Shown in pieces: positions 11,096-23,870 of a stretch of 64,000 nt of DNA. Under the pieces are notes generated by a model. That model saw only the letters and a list, made by a program, of their open reading frames with translations. It had not been told where the DNA came from and did no database searches. Location of the stretch: assembly GCF_030144855.1 (NCBI RefSeq), contig NC_082715.1, positions 146,692,001 to 146,756,000 on the forward strand, given 5' to 3'. Position 1 is the first letter of the stretch. Every line of letters begins with the position of its first letter. Position numbers and translations under genes: made by a program. The stretch is from Hypanus sabinus (Eukaryota).

Positions 11096-13329
11096 GTTAT
11101 ATCTTATGTTCTTATGGTCTTATGATTCCTTGATTGAATTCAAGGCAAAGGAAATAATAACTCTGAACCTGACTACGACGAACAGAGTGGTTTACGGACA
11201 CAAAAAGTATTGAAATACTGAGCAGGTTGGGTCTCATCCTGGCCCTGACTTTCTGAAAACGACGTGGTATCTGTATGCTGAAGCAGAGTGCGCTGCAATG
11301 TTATCCGTCGGCCCTGGTTCACTGCTTGGCGATTTTACACTCCTTGGAATCGAATCTTGTCAGCAATCTGACGGACTTCTTCTAATGCAGTGATTAAATT
11401 TCAAAATTACCTTCTAAAATGGAGAGTGTTCCGAAATACTGAGATATCAAAAAATGCTGGACACAAAAGCACTTCCTGAAAGCTGCTGGACGAAGCTTTA
11501 AGCGTAGGTTTGAAGTGTAAAGTGAAATGTCAGCACAAGGAATAGAGAGCAGCCTAAATGAATAGGTATTTCTGAAAACTAACAGGAGTGATATAGATGT
11601 TTGTGCTCTTTCAGTAATATGAAGCTCTCTAATTCTCCCCATCTCTTTCTTCTTCTCTCTCCCTATCTAACTATATATCTATCCATCTATGTGTGTCTGT
11701 TCGGATGTAGGTATTTATCTATCTGTGTATCTATGTATCTCCAGTGTCTACCTAAGTAGCTGTCTGTCAATTTCCATGCGCATACTCTGTATGAAGTCCC
11801 CTCTCTGCCTATCTCTTCATTATTTCCTTTTCTTTCTTTCATATTTCTTTTCATGCTGTAGTAAGGCAGAATGGTGATAATTACATTTATTCGCTGTCAA
11901 TCAATGGAGGAGGCCCACGGTTGTCAGAGACTGGGGGAGATTTGAAGCATGTTATGTATATACCGTTGTTCCGCACTGATGGAGTTTTGCAGGATAAATT
12001 GTTCCTGTTTCATTCAGAGCATTGCTGTTGCCGTGCCGTGGCCTGATATCGCAATGAAACAATTCTACATCCTCCCCAGCCTTATGGCTGAGTGTTCTTG
12101 CCAATAGTAGACGTTGGGACAAAATGCAACATTGAGGGTGAAGGTGACGCCTCTGGAATAAAGTTTGACGGTGGATGTTTTTGTGCGAGGTGTGCAAAAT
12201 AGTGACCGCAAGCAGATTATCATTCTGCAGAATTCTGGTATTATTTTCTAAATCAATGGGGGCTCCCAGAAAAATGCAAGTACGCTGATTCTTAACTTCC
12301 ATCTAAAGCGCAACAGAGCAACTTTCCTCACTTCCTACTTAATAAACAGCACACAGGGAATTCTGGACTCCTTAAACTTGGACAGGTGGCAGTGACAATG
12401 TGGATGATGGCGTGACAGGTTACCGATTCTATTTTTCTCTCCACATATGTCACCCTGGCCCTCAACCTCTTTCCGTCATTTTTGTATTTATATTTGGGAT
12501 TCACACGGTACTTCTCGGGTTGACGCAAAACACTTTGGCAGGCCCAATATCAGAGCATGAATTGACTTTAACAAACTGCATTCACTGCACTCTCCCAGTT
12601 CCTGCAGAGCGTGCTGAAATCCTGACAACCCGTGTTGCCTCTAATCTGTTCTATAATTCTGATGCATGATCAAAAGTAAACGAAAGCGTGTATAGCGAAA
12701 ATCGATGAGGAAACACAAGCCATCTCGGGTCATCAACACAGGGATCAGGAATAAAGCGATTAGAAACGCATTACATTTGAAGTTAATTCACTGATTTTAT
12801 TCAACGACTACAAAGACTGTATAGGGTATAATGTCAATATCCTTGCCTATGGTTTCCGTTAAAGAATGCATACAAGGTCGATTATTCCATCTTGAGTTTT
12901 GATCAACTACAACAACCTGTCAACTGAATTTAAGGTGAAGTCATAAAAATCAATGTTTTAACTTCTTTATTAAAATTTCGGAATCTAACACATTTGTATC
13001 TCTTTGCCACGTGATCTGTTTATAACAAAACAACAAGAATTAGTAAAAATAGTAAATTTCTTCAGCCAAAGCATCATTTCAATTCAAAATACATTTCGTT
13101 TTGTATTGATATGTTCAATTTGATAACAAGAAACGGGGATAACTGTTCGGAACAAGAACCTTCAGCAGAACCGATGTAGCTATAGCGTGGCGGGGTGGGG
13201 GTGGAATGAGAAGTAAGAGAGTCACATTCTGTGAATGTCTTTAAAACGGTGACAATGCAAACTGGTTTAGAACTCATGTTCAGCATTTTTTTACATGTTG
13301 TTTCTGTGATTTTTTCTTCCACAACTGAT

Positions 13330-14240
13330 TTCATTCCAGAATCAAAATCAGGTTTATTATCACCGGCATGTGACGTGCAATTTGTTAACATAGCAGCAGC
13401 AGTTCAATGCAGTACATAATCTAGCAGAGAGAGAAAAAATAATAATGAATAAAATAAGACATAATAATAAAAAAACAATCAAATCAATTACGTATATTGA
13501 ATAGATTATTTAAAATGCGCAAAAACAGAAAAAAATATATATTTTTTTTAAAAGTGAGGAATTGTCCAAAGCCTCAAAGTCCATTTAGGAATCGGATGGC
13601 AGAGGGAAAGACGGTGTTCCTGAATCGCTGAGTGTGTGACTTCAGGTTCTGCATCTCCTACCTGATGATAACAGTGAGAAAAGGACAGGCCCTGGGAGCT
13701 GGAGGTTTTTAATAATGGACGCTTTCTTTCTGAGAGACCACTCCCTAAAGATGTCCTAGGTATTTTGTAGACTAGTGCCCAAGATAGAGCTGTCTAGATT
13801 TACAACTTTCTCCAGCTTCATTTGGTCCTGTGCAGTAACCCCTCCATACCAGACACTGATGCAGCCTGTCAGAATGCTCTCCGTGGTACAACTAAAAAAC
13901 TTTTGAGTGTATTTGCTGACCTGCCAAATGGCTTCAATCTCCCAATAAAGTATAGCCGCTGTCTTGCCTTCTTTATGACTACATCAATATGTTGGGACCA
14001 GATTCGATCCTCAGAGGTCTTGACACCCAGGAACTTGAAGCTGCTCACTCTCTCCACTTCCAATCCCTCTATAAGGATTGATATGTGCTCCTTCGTCTTC
14101 CCTTCCTGAAGTCCACAATAAGCTCTTTCGTCTTATTGACGTTCAATGCCAGGTTGTTGTTGCAGCACTATTCCACTAGTTGGCGTATCTCATTGCTGTA
14201 CGCCGTCTCGTCACCAGCTGAGATTCTACCAACAATCGAT
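13330..14240 (-). mobile_element. Rex1/Babar-type LINE 3' fragment in the duplicated J-C intron
   Basis: VERVSSFKFLGVKTSEDRIWSQHIDVVIKKARQRLYF; paralog at 26335-27200. Confidence 0.8.
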
Positions 14241-15234
14241 ATTTTACTCCATGATTCACAAAATAATAACTGAGAGTGTAGTTATTGGTTAATTCAACAG
14301 ACTATCCTAACTCAATAGTCATTTAACCGTTACAAGTTCATTTCTATATTAGCATTAAGCAGACAGCGATCACCGGGAGATATGGATTGAAATGAACCAC
14401 GGAAAATGACGACGTCACGGAATTCATGTTCAAAAAGTGATATATATATAGATAGATAGATAGACAGACAGTCAGACAGACAGAATTAGTTAATAAGTTG
14501 AAAAGTTAAGAAGCATGGGATTTCATTAGGGGTGACATAACTTCAGTAACTTTGAAGTCCGATCGATTTAGGGTTCTATTACCAGCAAGTTTGTTTTATC
14601 AGAGAGCAATGAGAATAAGATTCGCTTCTGATACGTCAAAGTGAGAAAACATTTCCATGGAATTTGACAATTTAATGAAGCCGCTAAATGGCTTCAACCG
14701 AAATTTTAGCTCAGTTCCATTAAACAGTCAAAGCAACGATGGACAGATCAGGCGACGTCTCAGGGAATCCCACCGTAATAACTGAATCCGTGAAACGGAG
14801 TATCGTACTGTACTGTACTCTGATGATGCGGCCAAAATTGATGTGTTCGCCGTGCTGATTAATTTACCATGAGAACAGTCGATAACGAAAATCGATAATT
14901 AGCTCCAATCGGAATATTTAGATGCTTTACATATTATTGTGTTTCCTGAGTGTTCAACATTTTCCGAACCTGTTTGCTGTAGACTTTCATGCTCAGACAT
15001 CGACCTAAATTCGATGCACTCAACTTCAGGAACAGCACCCGAACCCAATTAAAATGGCTGAACCTTAAAGCCTTCTACTTGCCTACCCTAGTACTTATCC
15101 AAGTTTCGATTCGGAAAAATTGTACTAATTTTTAGGAATATAAAAATAAATGGCCCTTGGGGTGAGGGAGATAGATATCTGAAGGGTTGGGTTTTTGAAA
15201 CACTCAATTGTAAGAGCAATTAGTTTTAGTCAAC

Positions 15235-15450
15235 AGATACAAGCGAAATGCTGGAGGAATTCAGCAAGTCAGACAGCATTAACTAGAAATAAGTACAGTC
15301 GAAGTTTCGGGCCGAGACCCTTCGGCAGGATCTCGGCCAGAAACGTCGACAGTACTTTTTTTCCATAAGAACTGCCTAGTATTCTGAGTTCCTCCAGCAT
15401 TTTGTGTGTGTTGCTTGGATTTCCAGCAGCTGTAAATTTTCCCTTGTTTG
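15235..15450. repeat. Fold-back (head-to-head) Penelope-tail mini-element
   Basis: Left arm aaatgctggaggaattcagca...gtacagtcga is the reverse complement of the right arm tcgacagtac...ctgagttcctccagcatttt. The centre holds hammerhead-core-like sequence. Confidence 0.75.
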
Positions 15451-15481
15451 AGAGTTAGTCAATAAGCACGTTTGTTATTTC

Positions 15482-16990
15482 ACATGAGGCTACTTAGCAA
15501 GATAAGAGCCCATGGAATTGCAGGGAAGTTACCTGCGTGGGTGGAGTATAGGCTGGTCGGCAGAAACAGAGAATGGGAAAAAAAGAATCCTATTCTGGCT
15601 GGCTGTCGGTTACCAGTGCAGTAGCAGAGGGGTTATTGTGAGGACCGTTACTTTTTTCCAATGTATGCCCCGTGCTCAGTGTGATGGTGTTGGAGATGCT
15701 GCTCCCGATCCGGGCTGACTGAGGTCTCCCAGTCAGGAAGTCTAGGATCCAATTGCAGAGTGAGGGGTTCAGGCCCAGTAGGCTCAGCTTTCCAATCAGT
15801 TTCTGAGGGATGATTGTGTTGAATACTGAACTGAACTCTATGAACAGCATCCGAACGTATGTGTCTTTTTTGCCCAGGTGGAGGGTGGTGGTAATGGCGT
15901 CATCTGTTTGAGCGGTTGGGACGGTACGCAAACTGCAGGGAGTCCAGTGAGGGGGGCAGCAGGGTCTTGATATGCCTCATGACGAGCCTCTCGAAACATT
16001 TCATGATGATGGATGTAAGTGCAACGGGACGGTAGTCATTTTGGCAGGACACTAAAGACTTCTTCTGCACGGGGACGCTGGTGGCGTCCTTGAAGCATGT
16101 TTGCAATGGTAGTTTGCCTCCCAGCTGCCTGAGTCGGGGTTGTTTCTGATCACGTCCACGATAAAGTGACCCTATTCTGGCTGGCTGTCAGTACCAAAGG
16201 GGTCAGTGTTAGGACCGTTACTTTTTTCCAATGTATGTCAATTAATTGGTCTACGGTATTAATTGATTTGTGGAAATAAACGGGCAGACTATTATTTAGA
16301 TGGAGATAGAATTCAAAATACAGAGGTGCAAAGGGACTTGGGAGTCCTTGTGCAAGATTTTCTGAAGGTTAACATGTTCAGTCGGTTGTGAAGAATACGA
16401 ATGCAATGTTGGCATTCATTTCTAGAGATATAGAATATAAGAGCAGGGATCTGATGTTGAGGCTCTATAAGGCCGCTCGTGAGACCACACTTGGAGTATT
16501 GTGTGCAGTTTTGGGTTCCTTATTTTAGAAAGAATATACTGATGCTGGAGAAGGTTCAGAGAAGGTTCAGGAGAATGGTTCCAGGAATGAGGGGGTTACC
16601 GTGTGAGGAATGTCTGGCAGCTGTTGGGGTGTATTTCCTGGAGTTCAGGTGAATCACGGGGGATCTCATACAAACATTCCAAATGTTAGAAGGCCTGAAC
16701 AGATTAGATAAGGCAAAGTTATTTCCCATGATAGGGGATTCTAGGAAAAGAGGACACGATTTCAGGACTGAAGGACGTCCTTTTAGAACTGAGATGCAGA
16801 GAAATTACTTTAGTCAGAGAGCGATTAATCTGTGGAATTTGTTGCCACTAGTGGCTGTGGAGGCCGTCATTGGGTGTATATAAGACGGAGATAGATAGGT
16901 TCTTGATTAGCCAGGGCATCAAAGAGTATGAAATGAAAGCAGGAGAATGGGGATGACTGGATGAAGTGGCGCATGATTGAATGGCGCAGC
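15482..16990 (+). mobile_element. CR1 RT fragment (paralog of 7927-8747) with a nested Rex1-type RT piece (15668-16105, minus)
   Basis: Near-identical to 7927 onward. The nested piece reads [20 protein letters not shown]...QFAYRPNRS and [17 protein letters not shown]...[13 protein letters not shown]. Confidence 0.85.
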
Positions 16991-16999
16991 AGACTCGAT

Positions 17000-19900
17000 G
17001 GGCCGAATGGAGTCGAGACGAGGTACGTTACCTGTGTAGAATACAGACAGGAAGTGTGTGTGTTTGAGCATGGCTTTCTGTGCTTGGTGTCAGATGTGGC
17101 AGGTTCTGGAGACTCACAGCCTCCAGGAGGTTATCGCCGGAGCAGATGCTTGAGAGCATCCCTGTGGCTATCCCCCTTAACAATAACTACTCCTGTTTGA
17201 GTACTGTTGGTGAGGGGGTGTGGAAACGGACTACCTGGGGGAAGCAACAGTTGTCGCACCTCTGGCACAGAGTCTGGCCTATGGGTCAGAAGGGTAGGGA
17301 GCTTGGCAGCAGTGATAGTGGACTCTATAGTCAGGGGGTCCAACAGGCGATTCTGTGGACGTAGGAAAGAAAGGCGGATGGTAGTTTGCCTCCCAGGTGC
17401 CAAGGTCGGGGGTGTTTCTGATCACGTCCATGATATCCTGAAGTGGGAAGGAGAACAGCCAGAGGTCGTGGTACATATTGGTACCAACGACATAGTTAGA
17501 AAAAGTTAGGAGGTCCTGAAAGTAGACTACAGGGAGTTAGGAAGGAAGTTGAGAAGCAGGGCATCAAAGGGAGTAATCTCGGGATTACTGCCTGTGCCAC
17601 GTGACAGTGAGTACAGGAGTAGAATGAGGCGGAGGATAAATGCGTGGCTGAGGGATTGGAGCAGAGTACAAGGATTCAGATTTCTGGATTATTGGGACAT
17701 CTTTTCGGGAAAATGGGACCTGTACAAATCAGACAGGCTGCACTTGAATCCCAGAGGGAGAAATATCCTGGCGGGAGGTCTGCAAAGGCTATTGGGGAGA
17801 GTTTAAACTGGAATTGCTGGGGTTTGGGAACCGAAGTGAAGTGACAGAGGAAGAGGCGGTTAGCTCACAAACAGAGAAAGCTTGGAGACAGTGCGAAAGG
17901 GAGAATAGGCAGGTGATAGAGATGGGACGCGCTCAGACCGTGAGATGTGTCTATTTTAATGCGAGGAGTATTATGAACAAAGTGGATGAGCTTAGAGGGT
18001 GGATCAGCACTTGGAGCTGTGATGTTCTGATCATTACAGAGACTTGGAAGGGCTACTTCAAGTGCCAGGCTTTCGATGTTTCAGAAAGAATAGGGAGGGA
18101 GGCAAAAGGGATGGGGGTGTGGCACTGTTAATCTGCAATAGTGTCACGGATGCAGAAAAGGAAGAAGTCATGGAGGGATTGTCTATGGAGTTTCTGTGGA
18201 TGGAAGTTAGAAATAGGAAGTGGTCAATAAATCTACTGGGTGTTTTATAAAACACACAATAGTAACAGGGACATCGAGAAGTAGATAGAGAGACCCATTT
18301 TGGAAAGGAGTTGTTCTGGTGGGAGATATTTATTTCCCAAATATTGATTGGAAACAGATGTTCTCAGGGAAATGTACGGAAAAGAAGTGGCAAATGTTTA
18401 GGGGATACGTGCGTGGGGTTCTGCATAGGTACGTTTCAATGTGACAGGGCAAAGATGGTAGGGTATAGGAACCGTGGTGTACAAAGTCAAGAAGAAAAGA
18501 AGAGCTTACGAAAGGTTCAAAAAATTAGGAAATGGTAGAGATCTAGTTGATAATAAGGCTAGCAGGAAAGAGCTTTAGGTGAACCAGAAGGGGCCATGAG
18601 AAGACCTTGCTGGACAGGATAAAGGAAAACCCCAAGGTATTCATCAAGTATGTGAAGAGCAAGAGGATAAGACCTGACAGAATAGGACCAATCAAGTGTG
18701 ACAGTGGAAAAGTGTGTATGGAAACGGAGGAGATAGCAGTATTTTGCTTCAGTATTCACTACGGAAAAGGATTTTGGTGATTGTAGGGACGACTTGAGGC
18801 GGATTGAAAAGCTTGAGCATGTAGATATTAAAGACGAAGATGTGCTGAAGACCTATCAAGTTGGATAGGTCACCGGGACCGGACTGGATGTACCCCAGGC
18901 TACTGATGGAAGTGAAGGAGGAGATTGTTGAGCCTCTGACGATTATCTATGCACCATCAATGAGGACGGGAGATGTTCCAGAGGATTGGAGGGTTGCGGA
19001 TGTTGTTCTAAAGGCATTAGTGATAACCCAGGAAATTATAGGTCTGTAAGTCTTACTTCAGTGGTTGGTATTGAGAAGATCCTGAGAGACAGGATTTATG
19101 AACATTGGGAGAGGCACAGTATGATTCGGAATAGTCAGCATGGCTTTGTCAAAGGCTGGTTGTGCCTTATGAGTCTGAATGAATTTTTTTAGGATGTGAC
19201 TAAACACATTGGTGAAGGTAGAGCCGTAGATGTAGTGTATATGGATTTTAGCAAGGCATTTGATAAGATAACCCATGCAAGGCTTATTGAGAAAGTAAGG
19301 AGGTGTGGGATCCAAGGGGACATTGCTTTATGAATCCAGAACTGGCTTTCCCTCAGATGGCAAAGAGTGGTTGTAGAGGGGTCATCTTCTGCATGAACGT
19401 TGGTCACTAGTGGAGTGCCTCGGTGATCTGTTCTGTGACTCTTACTCCTCGTGGTCTTTGTAGACAACTTGGATGAGGAAGTGGAGGAATGGGTTAGTAA
19501 GTCTGCTGATGACACAGAGGTTGGAGGTGTTGTGGATAGTGTGGAGGGCTGTCAGAAGTGCAGAGGGACATTGACAGGATGCAAAACTGGATTGAGAAGC
19601 GGCAGACGGCGTTCACCCAGATACGTGTGAAGTGGTTCATTTTGGTAGGTCAAATATGATGGCACAATATAGTATTTATGGTCAGATTCTTGGCAGTGTG
19701 GAGGATCAGAGGGTTCATCGGGTCCGAGTCCATAAGATGCTCAAAGCACCTGCGCAGGTTGACTCTGTGGTTAAGAAGGCGTATGGTGTATTGGCCTTCA
19801 TCAATCGTGGAAATGAATGTAAGAGCCGAGAGGTAATGTTGCAGCGAGATAGGACCCTGGTCAGACCCCACTTGGAGTACTGTGCTCAGTTCTGGTCGCC

Positions 19901-20410
19901 TCACTACAGGAAGGATGCTGAAGACATAGAAAGGTTGTAGAGGATATTTACAAGGAAGTTGTCTGGATTGGGGAGCATGCCTTATGAGAATACATTGATT
20001 GAACTCGGCCTTTTTTCCTTGGAGCAACGGAGGATGAGAGGTGACCAATAGAGGTGTGTAAGATAATGAGAGGCAGTGATCGTATGGAAAGTCAGAGGCT
20101 TTTTCTCAGGGCTGAAATGGTTGCCACAAGAGGACACGGGTTTAAGGTGCTGGGGAGTAGGTACAGAGGAGATGTCAGGGGTAAGGTGTTTACTCGGAGA
20201 GTGGTGAGTGCGTGGAATGGGCTGCCGACAACGGTGGTGGAGGAGGATACGATAAGGTCTTTAAGAGACTTTTAGATAGGTACATGGAGCTTAGTGAATT
20301 AGAGGGCTATGGGTAAGCCTAGTAATTTCTAAGGTAATTTCTAAGGGACATGTTCAGCACAACTTTGTTGGCCGAAAGGCCTGCATTCTGCTGTAGGTTT
20401 TATATGTTTC
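17000..20410 (+). mobile_element. Degraded near-full-length CR1 LINE (ORF1 esterase, EN, RT, tail)
   Basis: AVIVDSIVRGS...VVCLPGAKV...PEVVVHIGTND; CVYFNARSIMNKVDEL; SPGPDWMYPRLL; RPHLEYCAQFWSPH. Many stops and frameshifts. Confidence 0.88.
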
Positions 20411-22239
20411 TAAGCTGCCTCAATACAGGAAGCACTTCCTCCTCTGTAATCCTCTTACGTCCACGAACACACTGCTGTTTTGCCTCGCTATGTGACCATC
20501 GCCCGAGAAAATACAGGTATAAAAAATCCACTCGTGATCTCCCCAAACCCTTTCGGCTGCATGGCCACTCTGATCAGAAAAAGCACCAATTAGTCACTTG
20601 GTATCCTTTTACTCGTAATATACACGTAAAAGATCTGGGGATTTCCTTTCCTTTGTCTGCTAGCACAACCTCATACCTTCTCTTAGCCCTCAAATTTTTC
20701 CTTCTTAACTGGAATCTTGTACCCATTAGAAGTACATTTCTTCGACTCCTCAAGTACTTCATTTGTTCCTTGCTATCTACACCTGCTGTGAACTTCCTTC
20801 GTCTTAACTAGGATTTCGATAACTAGGATTTCGATGTCTCTAGAAAGCCAGTGTCTTCGCCAAATCTAACTCCTTGTGGTATATTCTGAAAGTTCAGCAC
20901 AGCTTGAATGGTTATGCAGTTATCAGCGGAATCCGAGTGGCGCGTAGGAACCAAATAGTGCAATAGTAGTGCAACAGTATGGAGAGTTATGGCGATTCCA
21001 TTGATTCTTCCAACAGTTTGGGTTTGGACGAAAATAATCACCCTAAATGCATTAATAGCCAGGAGGAAATCATAAACATGATAAAGTCTGCAGATGTGGA
21101 AATCCAAAGCAACACATAAACAGAATGCTGGAAGAAAACAGCAGTTCAGGCATTATTTATGGAAATCTATAGACAGTCCACATTTCGAGCTGTGACCCTC
21201 TTCAAGAAGTACAGTGCTTGCACATACATTTGGAAATGTTTAAATTGGCCAATTTTTAAACATTTATCTAATCATCACCAAGAGTACGGCTTCAGTGGAA
21301 GAATTAATGCTCAACAGAACTATAAAAAATTAGCGCACAGAAGGAGGGAGAATTCAAACTCAGAAATGGAAGAATTAGCCTATGAGACGCATTTGTTGTC
21401 TCTCTGCCTGTACTCAATGAGGGGAGATCTCAATGAAACGTATGGGAGAGTGTAAGGCCCAGCTAGACTAGACGTGCTGATGTTTCCATTAGTTGGGTGT
21501 CTCGTATGCAAAGACATAGCCTCAGAATAAAGGAAGGTCCTTTTGAAACTGAGTGAGGAGGAATTTACTCAGGCAGTCTGGTAATTGAATAGCTCTGCCA
21601 TACCGGCTTTTCAGTCCAAGTTAATGGGAGTACGTAGGGCAAAGATGATAGGTACTTTATTGGTAAAGGTTTAAGGGTTTCGGGGAGAAGGTGGGGGAAT
21701 TGATTTAAAAAATTCACACATGTTTGAACTTATAGAACAGAGCCGATAGTCCAAATGACTTTATTTTGCACCTATATCTTATGTCCTATGGTTTGTCGAG
21801 AAAGTACTACCAAGTTTCATCACACCAGACAGCATTTTGTCTATATTCTTGCAAATCGCGGTCGGTGGAGCATACTTCTCGGGATTTCTAACTATGATGC
21901 AATTCACGGTTCCACGAGATTTATAATTCATAAGTTACCTGTGTCTCCTTCGGTTGTATTAAAAATTTTGTGTTTTTTCAACATTCAATTTCTTTTTTTC
22001 GGACATAGTTACATATAGAAATTGTGGCAAGTTATTTAACCTAGCTTCCAAATTGCCACATAGTGTGCGCATAGTCTTTAACTGTTACATTTACATGTTT
22101 GTTAATGATGTTATGGCCAGTACTTTATGTATTATACTATAAAATGACAACAATCTGGTCAGACACTGGTACGAAGATTGTCAATTAAAGTGAGTAATAG
22201 GAGATTTGGCCAAGGAATTTCAGACAAAGAATTTGATTC

Positions 22240-23870
22240 CAGAACGCCTCAGGGATCTGTTCTGGGACCTCTACTCTTCGGAATTTTTATAAATGACCTG
22301 GATGAGGAAGTAGAGGTTAGTAAATCTGCTGATGACACAAAGTTTGTGTGTGTTGTAGATAGTGTGGAGGACTGTCAGAGATTACAGCGGGACAGTAATA
22401 GAATGAAAACTGGGCTGAAAAGTGGCAGACGGAGTTCCACCTAGTTAAGTGTGAGGTAATTCATTTTCGGAAGTCAAATATGATGGCACAATATAGCATT
22501 AATGGTAAGAATCTTGACAGAGTGGAGATCAGAGGGATCTTGGGGTCTGAGTCCATAGGACACTCAAGGTTGCTGCGCAGGTTGACTCTGTGGTTGAGGA
22601 TGCATACGGTGACTTGGCCTTCATCAATCGTGGGATTGTGTTTAAGAGCCGAGAGGTAATGTTGCAGCTATATAGGACGCTGGTCAGACCCCATTTGGAG
22701 TACTGTGCTCAGTTCTGGTCGCCTCAATACAGGAAGCATGTGGAAACCATAGAAAGGGTGCAGAGGAGATTTACAAGGATGTTGCCTGGATTGGGATGCA
22801 TGCCTCATGAGAATAGGTTGTGAACTCGGTCTTTTCACCTTGGAGTGATGGAAGACGAGAGGTGACCTAATAGAGGTGTACAAGGTAATACGAGGCAATG
22901 ATCGTATGGATAGTCAAAGGCTTTTTCCCAGGTCTGAAATGGCTAGCATGAAAGGACATAGGTTTAAGGTGCTTGGAGGTAGGTACAGAGGAAATGTCAG
23001 GGATATGTCGTCTATGCAGAAAGTGGTGAGTCTGTGGAATGGTTTGCCGGAGGAAGGCAGTGGAGGCGGAAATAATAGGGCCTTTTAAGAGACTCCTGGA
23101 TAGCTACAAGGAGCTTAGAAAAATAGAGAGTTATGGGTATCCCTAGATAATTTCTCTACAATTTCTAGAGTTTTAAAAATTAATTTACAACCTAATAAAT
23201 TGACAGTTTTATTTGGTATAATTACTCATGGTATTTTTCCATCAGACCAATATTTAATTGCGTTCGTTGCATTATTGGCCAGAAGAACTACTTTGTTGAA
23301 ATAGAAAGATGCTTCTGCTCCTACTTTGATACAACAGTTTTCTCAGATGGTGCTATGTCTAAGTTTGGAGAAAATCAGAAGTCGAACTTTTGATCCTCGA
23401 TTAGATTTTGAGAAAAGGTGGGGTTCATTCGCCAGCTACTATCATCTGATTTGAGTTAATTAATATGGTTTCCTTCCGATTTTTCTTCAAGTAGATTTGA
23501 GTTGGCGGATTGATTTTTTTTATGGAAGCTTGTATGATGTATAGCTCCGGGGTGGTGCTCCCACCGGGTTTTTTTTTTTTTGATGTTGTTTTTTTTCAGT
23601 TAGTAGGGGTTCTTTTTTTTCCTTCATTTTAAAAAAAAATAATAATTTTAACACTTTATTTTTTCTTATTATTATTGATATATTGCTTAGCTTTGTTAAT
23701 TAGTTATTTGCTAATTTAATTCCTTATTGTACATAATGACCTGTTGACTTTATCCTTTTTAGTAAATCTTCAATAATAATTAATTAAAAGAAAGATTTTC
23801 TCAGATAAAGACATGTTCGGCACAGCTTTGTGGGCCGAAGGACCTGTATTGTGCTGTAGGTTTTCTATGT
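22240..23870 (+). mobile_element. CR1 3' fragment interrupted by an L1/Tx1-type 3' fragment (about 23165-23790)
   Basis: [19 protein letters not shown]...ADDTK; LVRPHLEYCAQFWSPQ. The AT-rich L1-like C-terminal piece is absent from the left paralog. Confidence 0.8.

Larger units (their letters stand above)
7927..15481. repeat. Segmental tandem duplication, left copy (partner 15482-29171)
   Basis: Shared CR1 copies with the same idiosyncratic changes (7927.. = 15482..; 10154.. = 22268..), plus shared unique flank and intron sequence. About 90-96% identical by eye. Confidence 0.88.
12966..15481 (-). pseudogene. Emptied duplicate IgL J-C intron / C locus (no V, no J, C exon deleted)
   Basis: Colinear with 25589-29171. 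At 13011-13020 gccacgtGAtctgttt fuses the 3' UTR to the C acceptor. Homology ends at 15481 (= 29171), 56 bp before the J donor. Confidence 0.9.

Noticed and set aside
11952-12302. 116-aa ORF with a partial paralog at 24696-24914
   Set aside because: No recognisable domain, and the frame is not preserved at full length in the paralog. The similarity is explained by the segmental duplication.
14763-14771. NF-kB-like GGGAATCCC in the J-C intron
   Set aside because: The functional copy has GAGAATCCC at 27826-27834, so the site is not kept where it would matter.
20806-20835. 15-bp tandem duplication aactaggatttcgat
   Set aside because: A simple slippage or repair duplication at a CR1 fragment edge with no further structure.
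20951-20968. Minus-strand YYCTIW resembling the end of a second V segment
   Set aside because: Upstream residues show no FR3 motif, there is an in-frame stop, and no RSS or FGXG follows; likely chance.
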